DNA of 20,000 bases from an uncultured virus (IMG/VR IMGVR_UViG_2838736955_000001) (Duplodnaviria > Heunggongvirae > Uroviricota > Caudoviricetes): IMG/VR virus record IMGVR_UViG_2838736955_000001, one strand, 5' to 3'. The first letter of the stretch is position 1. Each line of letters starts with the position of its first letter. Both the position numbers and the translations under genes were made by a program. Positions 8,331 to 16,705 of this stretch are shown here, one piece after another. The notes below the pieces were generated by a model. The model was not told where the DNA came from. It made no database searches and saw only the letters and a program-made list of their open reading frames with translations.

Positions 8331-8642
8331 ATGCCGCTATCTGGCGTGCATATCGTTGCCGGCTATCCTGGCTCCAGTCAGCCCGATAAGCAGCAACCCA
8401 TCCTCGGCAAAATAGCCTGGTCGGAATCGCCGGCTACCGGCGTAGCGACGACCAATACCGCACCGGCTGTCGGTGACGCCCTCGGCCAGCCTATATTCCG
8501 GCTGCGCTCTTCCGCCGATGCCTACTTTGCGATCGGCAAGACACCGAATCCGTCGATGAGCCCGCGCGTTTTCGTGCCAGCGAACACCGACGTCGACATC
8601 TACGTCGACACTGGCGACAAGGCCGCATGGGTGGCTGCATGA
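8331..8642 (+). CDS. Small beta-rich phage protein (possible head decoration/structural protein)
   Basis: GGAGA RBS; FRLRSSADAYFAIGKTPNP...FVPAN...V..GDKAAWVAA resembles small phage virion proteins; ATGA-coupled to the next gene. Confidence 0.55.
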   Translation: MPLSGVHIVAGYPGSSQPDKQQPILGKIAWSESPATGVATTNTAPAVGDALGQPIFRLRSSADAYFAIGKTPNPSMSPRVFVPANTDVDIYVDTGDKAAWVAA

Positions 8643-9163
8643 AGACCGTAACCCTCGCCGACGCCATTGCCGCTCTCGAGCGCCGCATTGGCTTCCGCCG
8701 CGGCCGTCTAGTTGCGGTTTCGCAGCGCCTGCAACAGGCCAGCCTCATTCCGACCGGCGCACCGCGCACGGCTCCGCAGCTGAACCTTGCGGACGTTGTC
8801 GCGCTTGTGGTCGCCTATGCGGCCGACGCTCCCCTCCACCTGTCTGCAAGGTCGGTCGAGACGTACATCGGCCTGACCCCAGACGGGGCTGACGTGACCG
8901 GAGCACCCGCTGGCTACTGCAAAACCGCCGGCGACGAGCTGCTGGCTATCGCCGAGATGTACGACGATGCCGACCTTCGCAGGCTCCGCTTCGAATTCGT
9001 TTCAAGCTGGCCGGAAGTTGCAATCCACTTCGACGGCGGCGGTATCCACCGCTTCCTCAAACTTGGCGCTCTGCCCGGCCACTGGCAGTACTCCGGGCAT
9101 CGAAAATCCATCGTCATCAACGGCGCAGCTATGGCCGACGTCATCAAGGATCTATTCGCATGA
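8639..9163 (+). CDS. Hypothetical protein (possible N-terminal DNA-binding domain)
   Basis: ATGA overlaps with both neighbours; basic helical N-terminus. Confidence 0.7.
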   Translation: MKTVTLADAIAALERRIGFRRGRLVAVSQRLQQASLIPTGAPRTAPQLNLADVVALVVAYAADAPLHLSARSVETYIGLTPDGADVTGAPAGYCKTAGDELLAIAEMYDDADLRRLRFEFVSSWPEVAIHFDGGGIHRFLKLGALPGHWQYSGHRKSIVINGAAMADVIKDLFA

Positions 9164-9723
9164 AATTCAATAAATCCACCCCATTCCGCGTGCCGACCCT
9201 AGCCGAAGCAGACGCCGATTACGCGGCCATGGAAGCCAAACTCGCCGAGCTTGCAACCGAGGCCAGCCGCACAAACGCTGAGATCGATGAGCTCGCAGCC
9301 GATATTATCGCTCGCCCTGCCCCAAGGATACAGGCAGGCGTTGCCGCTCTTCTCGGCGAGACCGTCGACCAGACCCTTGCTAGCCGACCAGCAAAGCTCG
9401 CTGAACTGCGCAAGCATGCCGCTGACGTAGATGCCGCTATCGAGATCATACGACGCCGTATGCGTGACCGCCAAGCACAGGCGAGCGTAGCAGCATGTGC
9501 TGTCGTCCGTGCCGAATACGGAAAGCGGATCTCGGCTTTGGTCGAAGCGCTCGACGCGGTTCACGCCGCCCGCCTCCATGCCGATGCCCTGCTCGACGGT
9601 CTGGAGAACGAGGGCGTGCAAATCACATACTTACCTGCCGTCCGCGCAAACTTCCTCGGCGAGCGGAACGACGGACACATCCACCGCTTCAGGCGAGAAG
9701 CCGCGGAGGCTGGTTATGTCTGA
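9160..9723 (+). CDS. Alpha-helical coiled-coil hypothetical protein
   Basis: Ala/Glu/Arg/Leu-rich heptad-like helices; ATGA-coupled to the upstream gene. Confidence 0.75.
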   Translation: MKFNKSTPFRVPTLAEADADYAAMEAKLAELATEASRTNAEIDELAADIIARPAPRIQAGVAALLGETVDQTLASRPAKLAELRKHAADVDAAIEIIRRRMRDRQAQASVAACAVVRAEYGKRISALVEALDAVHAARLHADALLDGLENEGVQITYLPAVRANFLGERNDGHIHRFRREAAEAGYV

Positions 9724-9895
9724 ACGCCGCGAGTATGACATCCGTCCAGCCGACAACGGCCGCCCCGCCCTCCGATCCGTGAAACTACCGGGCGAACAGC
9801 GCCACACAGGGCGCTCTGAGAGCGCGAAAGCAATCGCGCGGCGCCTTGCCATCTCCAAGCGTGAGAAGGCTTTAGCGGAGCGCGCGAGTGGCTGA
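9716..9895 (+). CDS. Small basic hypothetical protein (59 aa)
   Basis: GGAGG RBS before ATG 9716; overlaps both neighbours by 8 nt. Confidence 0.55.
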   Translation: MSERREYDIRPADNGRPALRSVKLPGEQRHTGRSESAKAIARRLAISKREKALAERASG

Positions 9896-10382
9896 TGTAA
9901 GCGGGTATGCGGTGCAATGGGGGCGGCCGGCAGTCATTGCCGGACTTTTCGAAGAGCGCTTCGCCCGCGGCGCGTTTGATCGGAGCCTAGTTGATCATCC
10001 CGACGTTGCAGTTCTTTGGGGGCACGACAGCACCAAACCTCTAGCGAGGGTCTCGAATGGCAGCCTAAAACTCCGGTCTGACAATATTGGCCTTTTCTAC
10101 ACCTTCGCACCCGACGAGAAGTCGCCTATGGGCCAAGAGGCGTTGGCGAGCGTGCGGTCTGGCCTCGTCAATGAAGTGTCAGTCGGCTTTTCCTCGATCG
10201 AGGAGGAATGGGACGACAGCGGTAAGCTCCCAAAGCGGCTGATCACTCGCGCTTTTTTGGCGGAGGTCAGCATCGTTCTCTGGGGCGCTTACGGGAAATC
10301 GACGAGCGCCGAGGTTGTCGACCGGCGATCCGCCGCCGCCCAGCGCGCACAAGCGAAGATGAAATCGCGTGGCATCACCTGA
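9888..10382 (+). CDS. HK97-family prohead protease (peptidase S78)
   Basis: SGYA...FEERFARGAF...LWGHD (His)...LAR...L-x-L-x-x-D-x-x-GL...SVGF (Ser)...L-x-EVSIV...AY. Confidence 0.92.
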   Translation: MADVSGYAVQWGRPAVIAGLFEERFARGAFDRSLVDHPDVAVLWGHDSTKPLARVSNGSLKLRSDNIGLFYTFAPDEKSPMGQEALASVRSGLVNEVSVGFSSIEEEWDDSGKLPKRLITRAFLAEVSIVLWGAYGKSTSAEVVDRRSAAAQRAQAKMKSRGIT

Positions 10383-10620
10383 CATCGAATCCATCCGCGC
10401 ACTTTACCAAACCAACACCTGGCGCAGGCTCCGACGCCGGCACATCGAGGCACATCCGCTTTGTCAGGTCTGCATTGAAGATGAGATCGTCGAGGTTGCC
10501 ACTGCCGTAAGCCACCTCTCTCGGCACGACGGCGATCCGGCATTGTTCTTCGACGCGGATCAGCTGGTCAGCCTATGCCGTCCTCACCAAGAGTCGGCGC
10601 GGGCGGCGAAGGGCCTCTAG
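10369..10620 (+). CDS. HK97 gp74-like HNH endonuclease, degenerate active site
   Basis: LY-x-T-x-x-WRRLR...HPLCQVC...AT-x-VSH...H-x-GD...LFFD..QL-x-SLC-x-x-H. Confidence 0.85.
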   Translation: MASPDIESIRALYQTNTWRRLRRRHIEAHPLCQVCIEDEIVEVATAVSHLSRHDGDPALFFDADQLVSLCRPHQESARAAKGL

Positions 10621-10707
10621 GGGCGGTCAGAGGTCGGGCCGAGTGCCGGCTCGACTACCGCTCGGCCTCATTCGCGTACATTCCCACAATTCAAATGTTG
10701 ACCCCTA
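10619..10707. other. Candidate cos/packaging region
   Basis: Non-coding gap after a gp74-like HNH, the position of cos in HK97-like phages; bracketed by GGGCGGTCA (10621-10629) and TTGACCCC (10698-10705). Confidence 0.4.
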
Positions 10708-10725
10708 ATGGGTCTAGGAGGCCCT

Positions 10726-12672
10726 ATGGCCACTGATAACACCGATGACCTGATCATCAGTATCTCCACCGACCAGGCCACTTTGCGCCGGTCGATTCAG
10801 CGCATTGAGAGAGATCTCGGCGGCCTCGCAGGCAGCGTAAAAAAGCAGTTCGATAACGTCGGAAAGACAGTCGACAACTCCCTAACCAGCTCTCTGCAGA
10901 ACCGCATCAACGCTATGACGGGCGTCGCTACCAAGGCGGCGAAAGAGTGGACAGGTGCGCTCGCTGATCAAGGCGCCGAGCTCGAACGGTTGCGTGCTCG
11001 CTACTCACCGCTGTTCAATACCATAAACGGTTACAAATCGGCAGTTGCAGATATCCGTCGTGCCCATGCGCTCGGTGCCATCTCATCTAACGAGATGGCC
11101 GCGGCCATCAGCCGGGAACGACAGGCCGCGTTGGCGGCAACTGCAGCGATCAAAGGCAGAAACAGGGCACTTGTTGAGACGCCCGCGACGCCTTCGGTTC
11201 GTGGCGCCGGCTCTGGGTCGTTCCAGACCGGCAATATCGCCGCACAGTTTCAGGATATCGGCGTTACCGCGTTCGGCGGCATGAACCCGATGACCATCGC
11301 GCTGCAACAGGGCACTCAGCTTTCTGCCGTCCTGTCGCAGATGCGAGGCGAAGGGCAGTCTTCCGGTCGAGCACTCGCGGGGGCATTCGCCTCGATTGTT
11401 AGCCCGCTGTCTCTCGTCACCATCGGCCTTGTTGCCGGCTCAGCTGCTTTGATCCAGTATTTCACCTCCGGTGATGACCAGGCCGAAAAACTGAAGGTTC
11501 AACTCGAAGCGCAAGTAACGCTCATCGAAACCGTCGCTCAGCGATGGGGTGACGCCTATCCAGCCTTGAAAGCTTACTCCGATGAGCTTGTACGGGCACG
11601 GGACGCCGGGCAGCTACAGGACGCGCAGTCTGCTGCGACGACTCGCCTTTACCAGGATCAGGCCGCGGCGCTCGATCAACTCGTGAAGATTTCCCCAGAG
11701 GTCTCGCGCGCTCTCCGAGACGCGACATCGCCGGAGGCGGCCACATCGGCCATTGCTTATGAGCAGGCTATCGCAGACATGCGGAAGTCGCTGGAAGACG
11801 GCAAGGATCCTTCGGACGCATTCGGCCGAGCGACGCAAGCCTTGGCGACAATCATCGAAGCCACCGGTAGCAAGGCACTTAAAGGTTACGGCGACCAGTT
11901 CGATATCCTCGCCGGCAAAATTGAGACCGCCACAGGCAAGGCGGCCGCATTTCGAATGGAGCTTCCACCGCTCGGCACTCTTGGCGAAACGTGGTCCGAA
12001 GGCGGAAAGTTATACACCAGCGAGCAGTTCCAGCCGGTCAACCCAGGCGTCCCGACTCGTCGGCCGCTCGTCGAGCTGGAAGGCCTGCCAGGTGCTGCCG
12101 GTGCCGATAAAAAGTCCGAGACTGCAGCCCAGCGTGCCGCCAATGCATACCGCGACCTGATCAAGTCCGCGGACGACCGTATCGCCCAGATGCAGCTCGA
12201 GGCTGCCCTTCTAGGCAAATTCGGGAATGAAGCTGATGCGGCCCGTTTTAAACTCGACCTGTTGCAGCAGGCCGAGGACAAGGGACGTTCCCTAAATGAC
12301 GCACAGCGCGCCGAGGTCGAAAAGAAGGTTGAGATTTACGGCCGATATGCCGACCAGCTTGCGAAAGCCAAACTGCAACAGGATCTCCTGGAACAGCGAC
12401 GCTTTAGTTCGATGTCGTCGACCGACCAGCAGGTGGTGACGACACTCAAACAGTATGGTCTTTCCACCGACCTCAACAGCCCCGAAGCAGGCCAGATCCG
12501 CAAGTCACTTCGGGATGAATCCTTCCGTGACGATATCAAATCGTTCGCCTCGGACTTCTCGAACGGCGTTCTTCAGAACGGGGGCGGCATTGGCAAGGCG
12601 CTTGCCGACAGCATTCAACGGCCGATCCTGGGGCCGCAAGTCAATTTCACAATGAAGTGGAGCCGCGCATGA
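10726..12672 (+). CDS. Phage tail tape-measure protein (lambda-type N-terminal motif), short, 648 aa
   Basis: GNIAAQFQDIGVT...GMNPMTIALQQGTQL motif, hydrophobic segment SPLSLVTIGLVAG and long Ala-rich helices; AGGAGG RBS. Confidence 0.9.
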   Translation: MATDNTDDLIISISTDQATLRRSIQRIERDLGGLAGSVKKQFDNVGKTVDNSLTSSLQNRINAMTGVATKAAKEWTGALADQGAELERLRARYSPLFNTINGYKSAVADIRRAHALGAISSNEMAAAISRERQAALAATAAIKGRNRALVETPATPSVRGAGSGSFQTGNIAAQFQDIGVTAFGGMNPMTIALQQGTQLSAVLSQMRGEGQSSGRALAGAFASIVSPLSLVTIGLVAGSAALIQYFTSGDDQAEKLKVQLEAQVTLIETVAQRWGDAYPALKAYSDELVRARDAGQLQDAQSAATTRLYQDQAAALDQLVKISPEVSRALRDATSPEAATSAIAYEQAIADMRKSLEDGKDPSDAFGRATQALATIIEATGSKALKGYGDQFDILAGKIETATGKAAAFRMELPPLGTLGETWSEGGKLYTSEQFQPVNPGVPTRRPLVELEGLPGAAGADKKSETAAQRAANAYRDLIKSADDRIAQMQLEAALLGKFGNEADAARFKLDLLQQAEDKGRSLNDAQRAEVEKKVEIYGRYADQLAKAKLQQDLLEQRRFSSMSSTDQQVVTTLKQYGLSTDLNSPEAGQIRKSLRDESFRDDIKSFASDFSNGVLQNGGGIGKALADSIQRPILGPQVNFTMKWSRA

Positions 12673-13448
12673 GCGCATTCGTCTATCTGACCGCACCTGA
12701 CCAATCGGCGGCTTACCTCTTTGCAGACGGCGCCGGCTACGACACCAACGGCGTCGTCGGAAACTTTACGCAAAAGATTGCCTGCGGCCAGGTCGCCCCG
12801 ATTGCCATCACGGCGGTCGGTCACCAGGTACTGGGCGACAAGATGAAAGACTTTCTGATCAAGCAGGCCGACCGCTGGGGAATCGACGAGTTCGTCGACA
12901 ACTTCTTGCCTGCCTTCCTTCGGGAGACGGCGCTTGTGTATGCCGAGCACCAGCAGCACGAGGTGCAGAACGTCGCGATTTTGATCTCGGCGTGGAGTGA
13001 AACCAAGGGCGGCTTCCGCCTTGGCTTCCAGACGATGGACGAACTGCGCGATGACGTTACCGTCAGAGCATTCGAACCAAACATCGATCGTGAGTGCACC
13101 ATGCGCGGAGCGAAGATGGAAGTGATGGATCTAGTCACCATCGCTCGACCTCTCGTACCAGGCGAAACCGTGGAAAGCTACGCACGGTACTTCGGCAAGG
13201 CTGTTCTTTCACGCATGCGTGAGATCCCCGGCCTCCCGATGTACCTGAAGGACACTGATGCGAAGCCTCGCTACCAGATCGGCGGGCACATCGACATGGC
13301 GACGGTCGACAAGGACGGCGCGCGGATCGAGCGCATTCATGTCTGGGATGACAAGGTCGGCCAGATGATCGACCCGTCAGTCGACCACAAGACGGTCGTG
13401 CCGCTCATGAACCGCAAGGCTCGTCGGGCGCTGCGAGGTGCGGCGTGA
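12669..13448 (+). CDS. Proteasome-beta/HslV-like Ntn-hydrolase fold protein (Ser1 type)
   Basis: After Met removal: S1, D19 (FADG), K35, G50, ILISAWS strand and QIGGHIDMATV C-terminal motif; ATGA-coupled to the TMP gene. Confidence 0.6.
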   Translation: MSAFVYLTAPDQSAAYLFADGAGYDTNGVVGNFTQKIACGQVAPIAITAVGHQVLGDKMKDFLIKQADRWGIDEFVDNFLPAFLRETALVYAEHQQHEVQNVAILISAWSETKGGFRLGFQTMDELRDDVTVRAFEPNIDRECTMRGAKMEVMDLVTIARPLVPGETVESYARYFGKAVLSRMREIPGLPMYLKDTDAKPRYQIGGHIDMATVDKDGARIERIHVWDDKVGQMIDPSVDHKTVVPLMNRKARRALRGAA

Positions 13449-13654
13449 GCATCCATCATCGCATGATGCTGCAACGGTATGGCCTCGGCCATACCAGCAG
13501 CCTCTACAGCCAAGTCGTATTCGATCCGATTTTCACACCGTTGTTCACGGCCATCATCGGAAACGTCACGATCGGCGCTACCGGCATCACCGTCGCGTCT
13601 GTTGCTTCGGCGATCACCGTGACAGCCCTTACCGGAGGAATCATCGTCCGATGA
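13445..13654 (+). CDS. 69-aa peptide resembling only the N-terminus of a rhizobial phage tail-tip protein
   Basis: MSIHHRMMLQRYGLG...FDPIFTPLFTAIIG...IGATGITVASVASAI; GTGA/ATGA-coupled on both sides; family resemblance recalled, not searched. Confidence 0.55.
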   Translation: MSIHHRMMLQRYGLGHTSSLYSQVVFDPIFTPLFTAIIGNVTIGATGITVASVASAITVTALTGGIIVR

Positions 13655-14184
13655 CGGCCATCAACGTTATCCTTACCCCGGAATACGCCGTCATTGTCAG
13701 CGACACCTTGGCGCGCGCAGCAGGTAATCCTGACTTTCACGTCGCCAAGGTAATGCCTTGCCCGCATATGCGGCTGGCGGTTGCCACACGCGGCAGGATG
13801 GATGCCATCTCGAAAGTAGTCGGCGCGATCTCCGTCGGCGCATTCGACTACGATAGCTGCCGGGCCTTCCTAGCTGGCACGTATCCCCAGCTAGGCCTGG
13901 ACGAGGTGGAAATCGTCGTTGCAGGTTGGTCCGCAAAAGGTCCGGCGGCCTTCATCATTTCGGCCGCGAACACCGGCGGCAAGGTCATGGACATTCAGCA
14001 CGTCCTGATCACGCCAACCGTTCCCAAGGAAGTCGCCGACGCCTTCTCCGCTGATCCAATCGTACTGATGCCCGATCTCCTCAAAAGTCAGGCGAATTCA
14101 CCCGACGTCGGCGGCTTCATGAACGTCACCCAGATCGGCGAGCACGTCATAGAGACCTACACCGCCGGCCCCATCAGCGCCTAA
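13651..14184 (+). CDS. Proteasome-beta/HslV-like Ntn-hydrolase (Thr1 type)
   Basis: Likely start ATG 13651 (GGAGGA RBS). After Met removal: T1, D17 (VSDT), K32, G47, EIVVAGWS and DVGGFMNVTQI. Confidence 0.72.
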   Translation: MTAINVILTPEYAVIVSDTLARAAGNPDFHVAKVMPCPHMRLAVATRGRMDAISKVVGAISVGAFDYDSCRAFLAGTYPQLGLDEVEIVVAGWSAKGPAAFIISAANTGGKVMDIQHVLITPTVPKEVADAFSADPIVLMPDLLKSQANSPDVGGFMNVTQIGEHVIETYTAGPISA

Positions 14185-14253
14185 GCGCTCACCCCAACTC
14201 ATCCAATCATTCGCACTGGCCGCGCGCCGGAGCGCTTCCGTATGGGAGATTTC

Positions 14254-16689
14254 ATGCCAGAATTGGCAAATACGATTTGGGCCGATGGCCCATCCAGCAT
14301 GCCCACGCAGCCCCAGAAGTCGCAGATCCGCAGCTGGGGTACGTGGATCGAGCAGATCATCGCTGCATTCACGTCGAATGGCGGCCTGATCTACTCTTCG
14401 CTGGCGCTCCTCAATGCAGATCTTTCCAAGCCGGCCAACTCTATGGCTTGGGTTTTCGGCGACTCCGTCGCCGCAAATAACGGAGTCTATGGCAAGGTCG
14501 GCGCTTCGGGCTCTGGTTCGTGGACGCGTCGATCTGACCTACCGTTCAGCTTTATCGTAGCCTCTGACGTTGGAGCAGGAACGCCTAACGCAATCATGGC
14601 GACGACGGCCATCCCGGTTTCGCAGTCTGCGCTCGTGTGGCTGCAGGTTGCACAGACCAATACAGGATCCCCGGTTGTAGTTAGCTTCAACGGCGGTGGG
14701 CCGCTCGTGTTGAAAACCAACACCGGCAACGATCCTGCGACGGGCGGAATAGTCGCAGGCATGGTCGTGCTTGGCATCGTCTCCGGGGCAACGTTTAGGC
14801 TAGTGAGCGATCAAGCCTCTAGTGCGATCGTCGCCGCTGCGGAGGCAGCTGCTGCGGAGGCTCAGGCGGCTGCCGCCAGCGTCAACATCAAAAACGTTGC
14901 GACGCGGGCTCAGGTCAGAGCTCTCAACGCTTCGGTCTCGACGCTGGCTTTTCACAACGAGGGCGGGCGAAAAGGCCAGTTTCGTTGGACGGTTGGTGAT
15001 TTCACCGCCCGCGTCGCATCGGACACCGAAGGCGCCGTATATCTCGAGGCTGACGACGTTTCAGCCAGCGCCGGGTCGTGGGTTCGTGATTTCGACGGTG
15101 GCGTCGATATCCGTTGGTTTGGTGGAGTAGCTGACAATGGAGCTACCGACAATGCTGCATCATTCGTTGCGGCCGCGGCGATAGGCACGCAGATCTACAT
15201 CCCCGAAGGCATCTTCAGAGTTAACGCCACCGCGGCAAATTTCGATACGATCATGACGCTCGCTGGCAGATGCTATGGACCCGGTGTGATCGAGGTTTTA
15301 TGTGGCACAGGCTTCTACCCAGCGACCAACTACTATGGCTTCGTGAGCGCGTTGCCGCTCAACCTGAACCTTCGCGGTGAGAACGGTAGCGGCACCTTGA
15401 CAGCCGCAAGCATCACCTTTGCGGGCACGGCTGGAAACCACACAGCAGCGATCACATTTCCATCGCTACCGGTCGGGATCGCTGTTGGGCAGTTGCTCTC
15501 GCTTGTCCCCACGACCGTCGTCGACAAGCGAACCAGCCAATGCCTCCTCGCAGGCGCGAACAAGATCACAAGCATTGTAGGCAATGTTGTCACGGTCTCA
15601 ATCTCCTACCACGGGACGATCACCGCGAAGATGCCGACTATTGTCGGATCGGTGAGTTTCACGGGCTCTTGGCGGCTGAATAAGTCGATCATCACCTACG
15701 CAGGTTCGCGTACCCCGATCTACGTGCAAAACCAGTTTGCTCGCATCAACATCACCGACGTTGGACTGACCGGGCCTTATACCAGCGGCGCGTTCGTCAA
15801 CACGTCTGGCATAACCGTTGGCTGGATCGACGAGGACCGACACTATGTGAAAGATCAGTTACGTCTCTCCGGCGTCAGCATAAACGGGTTTGCCTCTGGC
15901 GTTCTTGGGCAGGGTGCGCGTACATTCCTGGGGGACCTTCGTGGCTCGAACTGCCTGTCTCTCCTGGCCGGGCGACGCCAATCGCAATTCTACGCGACCG
16001 CGATCTTTGTCGGGGCCTGCGGCGGGGATGCTGTTTCACTCACTGACAATTCGGAGATTTTTGTTTCGGCGGAGGTCATGTCTTGCGGCAATAGCGGGCG
16101 TGGTGTCTGGGCATTCGGCGGTGACTTCAACTGCCCGGGTGTTGTTCATGTCGGATATAATCTCGGTGCTGGAGGCTATGCAAAAGCTGGAGCCAACTTC
16201 ATCGCCGGTGCAACGTCGTGTGCTTTTCGAAACAACGACATCGGCTGGGGAAATGAAAACGGTAAGATGCATGTCGATGACACGGTTTCAGAGTACAATC
16301 TGAAGACCGGTTTCGAGTGCGGAATGGGGCATACCAGCGCCCAGAGAATTGTCTCCCGATACAATGAGAATGGCCTCTATTCTCTGGTGGGCGGCACGAT
16401 CTTCGCAGACGATTGCGATGTCTACGGCAACTCACAAAGCGGTGCTGCCAGTGCCGAGCTGAGTATGGTCCGCGCCTATCGCGGTAAGTTCCATGACAAC
16501 ACTCTCGATGGCGTTTCCATCATTGGGAACTCCCACTTCCGCGGTGACTCCGTGCAGATCAACAACAATGGCAGATACGGCGTCAACGGGATGCTGAACA
16601 GCACCTCTAGAACGCCCGGCGTGACCGGGTCGGGTAACGCCTCCGGTAACACGTTCTTCGACCCCACCAGCAGCGGAACGGTTTGGTAA
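14254..16689 (+). CDS. Tail fibre/tailspike with right-handed beta-helix (putative polysaccharide depolymerase)
   Basis: N-terminal anchor and AAAEAAAAEAQAAAA linker; VDIRWFGGVADNGATDNAA...IYIPEG pectate-lyase-3-like start; C-terminal N-x-x-x-G beta-helix repeats. Confidence 0.85.
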   Translation: MPELANTIWADGPSSMPTQPQKSQIRSWGTWIEQIIAAFTSNGGLIYSSLALLNADLSKPANSMAWVFGDSVAANNGVYGKVGASGSGSWTRRSDLPFSFIVASDVGAGTPNAIMATTAIPVSQSALVWLQVAQTNTGSPVVVSFNGGGPLVLKTNTGNDPATGGIVAGMVVLGIVSGATFRLVSDQASSAIVAAAEAAAAEAQAAAASVNIKNVATRAQVRALNASVSTLAFHNEGGRKGQFRWTVGDFTARVASDTEGAVYLEADDVSASAGSWVRDFDGGVDIRWFGGVADNGATDNAASFVAAAAIGTQIYIPEGIFRVNATAANFDTIMTLAGRCYGPGVIEVLCGTGFYPATNYYGFVSALPLNLNLRGENGSGTLTAASITFAGTAGNHTAAITFPSLPVGIAVGQLLSLVPTTVVDKRTSQCLLAGANKITSIVGNVVTVSISYHGTITAKMPTIVGSVSFTGSWRLNKSIITYAGSRTPIYVQNQFARINITDVGLTGPYTSGAFVNTSGITVGWIDEDRHYVKDQLRLSGVSINGFASGVLGQGARTFLGDLRGSNCLSLLAGRRQSQFYATAIFVGACGGDAVSLTDNSEIFVSAEVMSCGNSGRGVWAFGGDFNCPGVVHVGYNLGAGGYAKAGANFIAGATSCAFRNNDIGWGNENGKMHVDDTVSEYNLKTGFECGMGHTSAQRIVSRYNENGLYSLVGGTIFADDCDVYGNSQSGAASAELSMVRAYRGKFHDNTLDGVSIIGNSHFRGDSVQINNNGRYGVNGMLNSTSRTPGVTGSGNASGNTFFDPTSSGTVW

Positions 16690-16705
16690 AAGGAAGGATC
16701 AGACT

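Noticed and set aside
13438..13650. His/Arg-rich N-terminal extension of ORF 13438-14184
   Set aside because: Off-frame reading of the 69-aa gene; RBS, ATGA coupling and Thr1 support the start at 13651.
1720..16667. Numerous antisense or overlapping ORFs within long genes
   Set aside because: Shadow ORFs expected in GC-rich DNA opposite well-supported genes.
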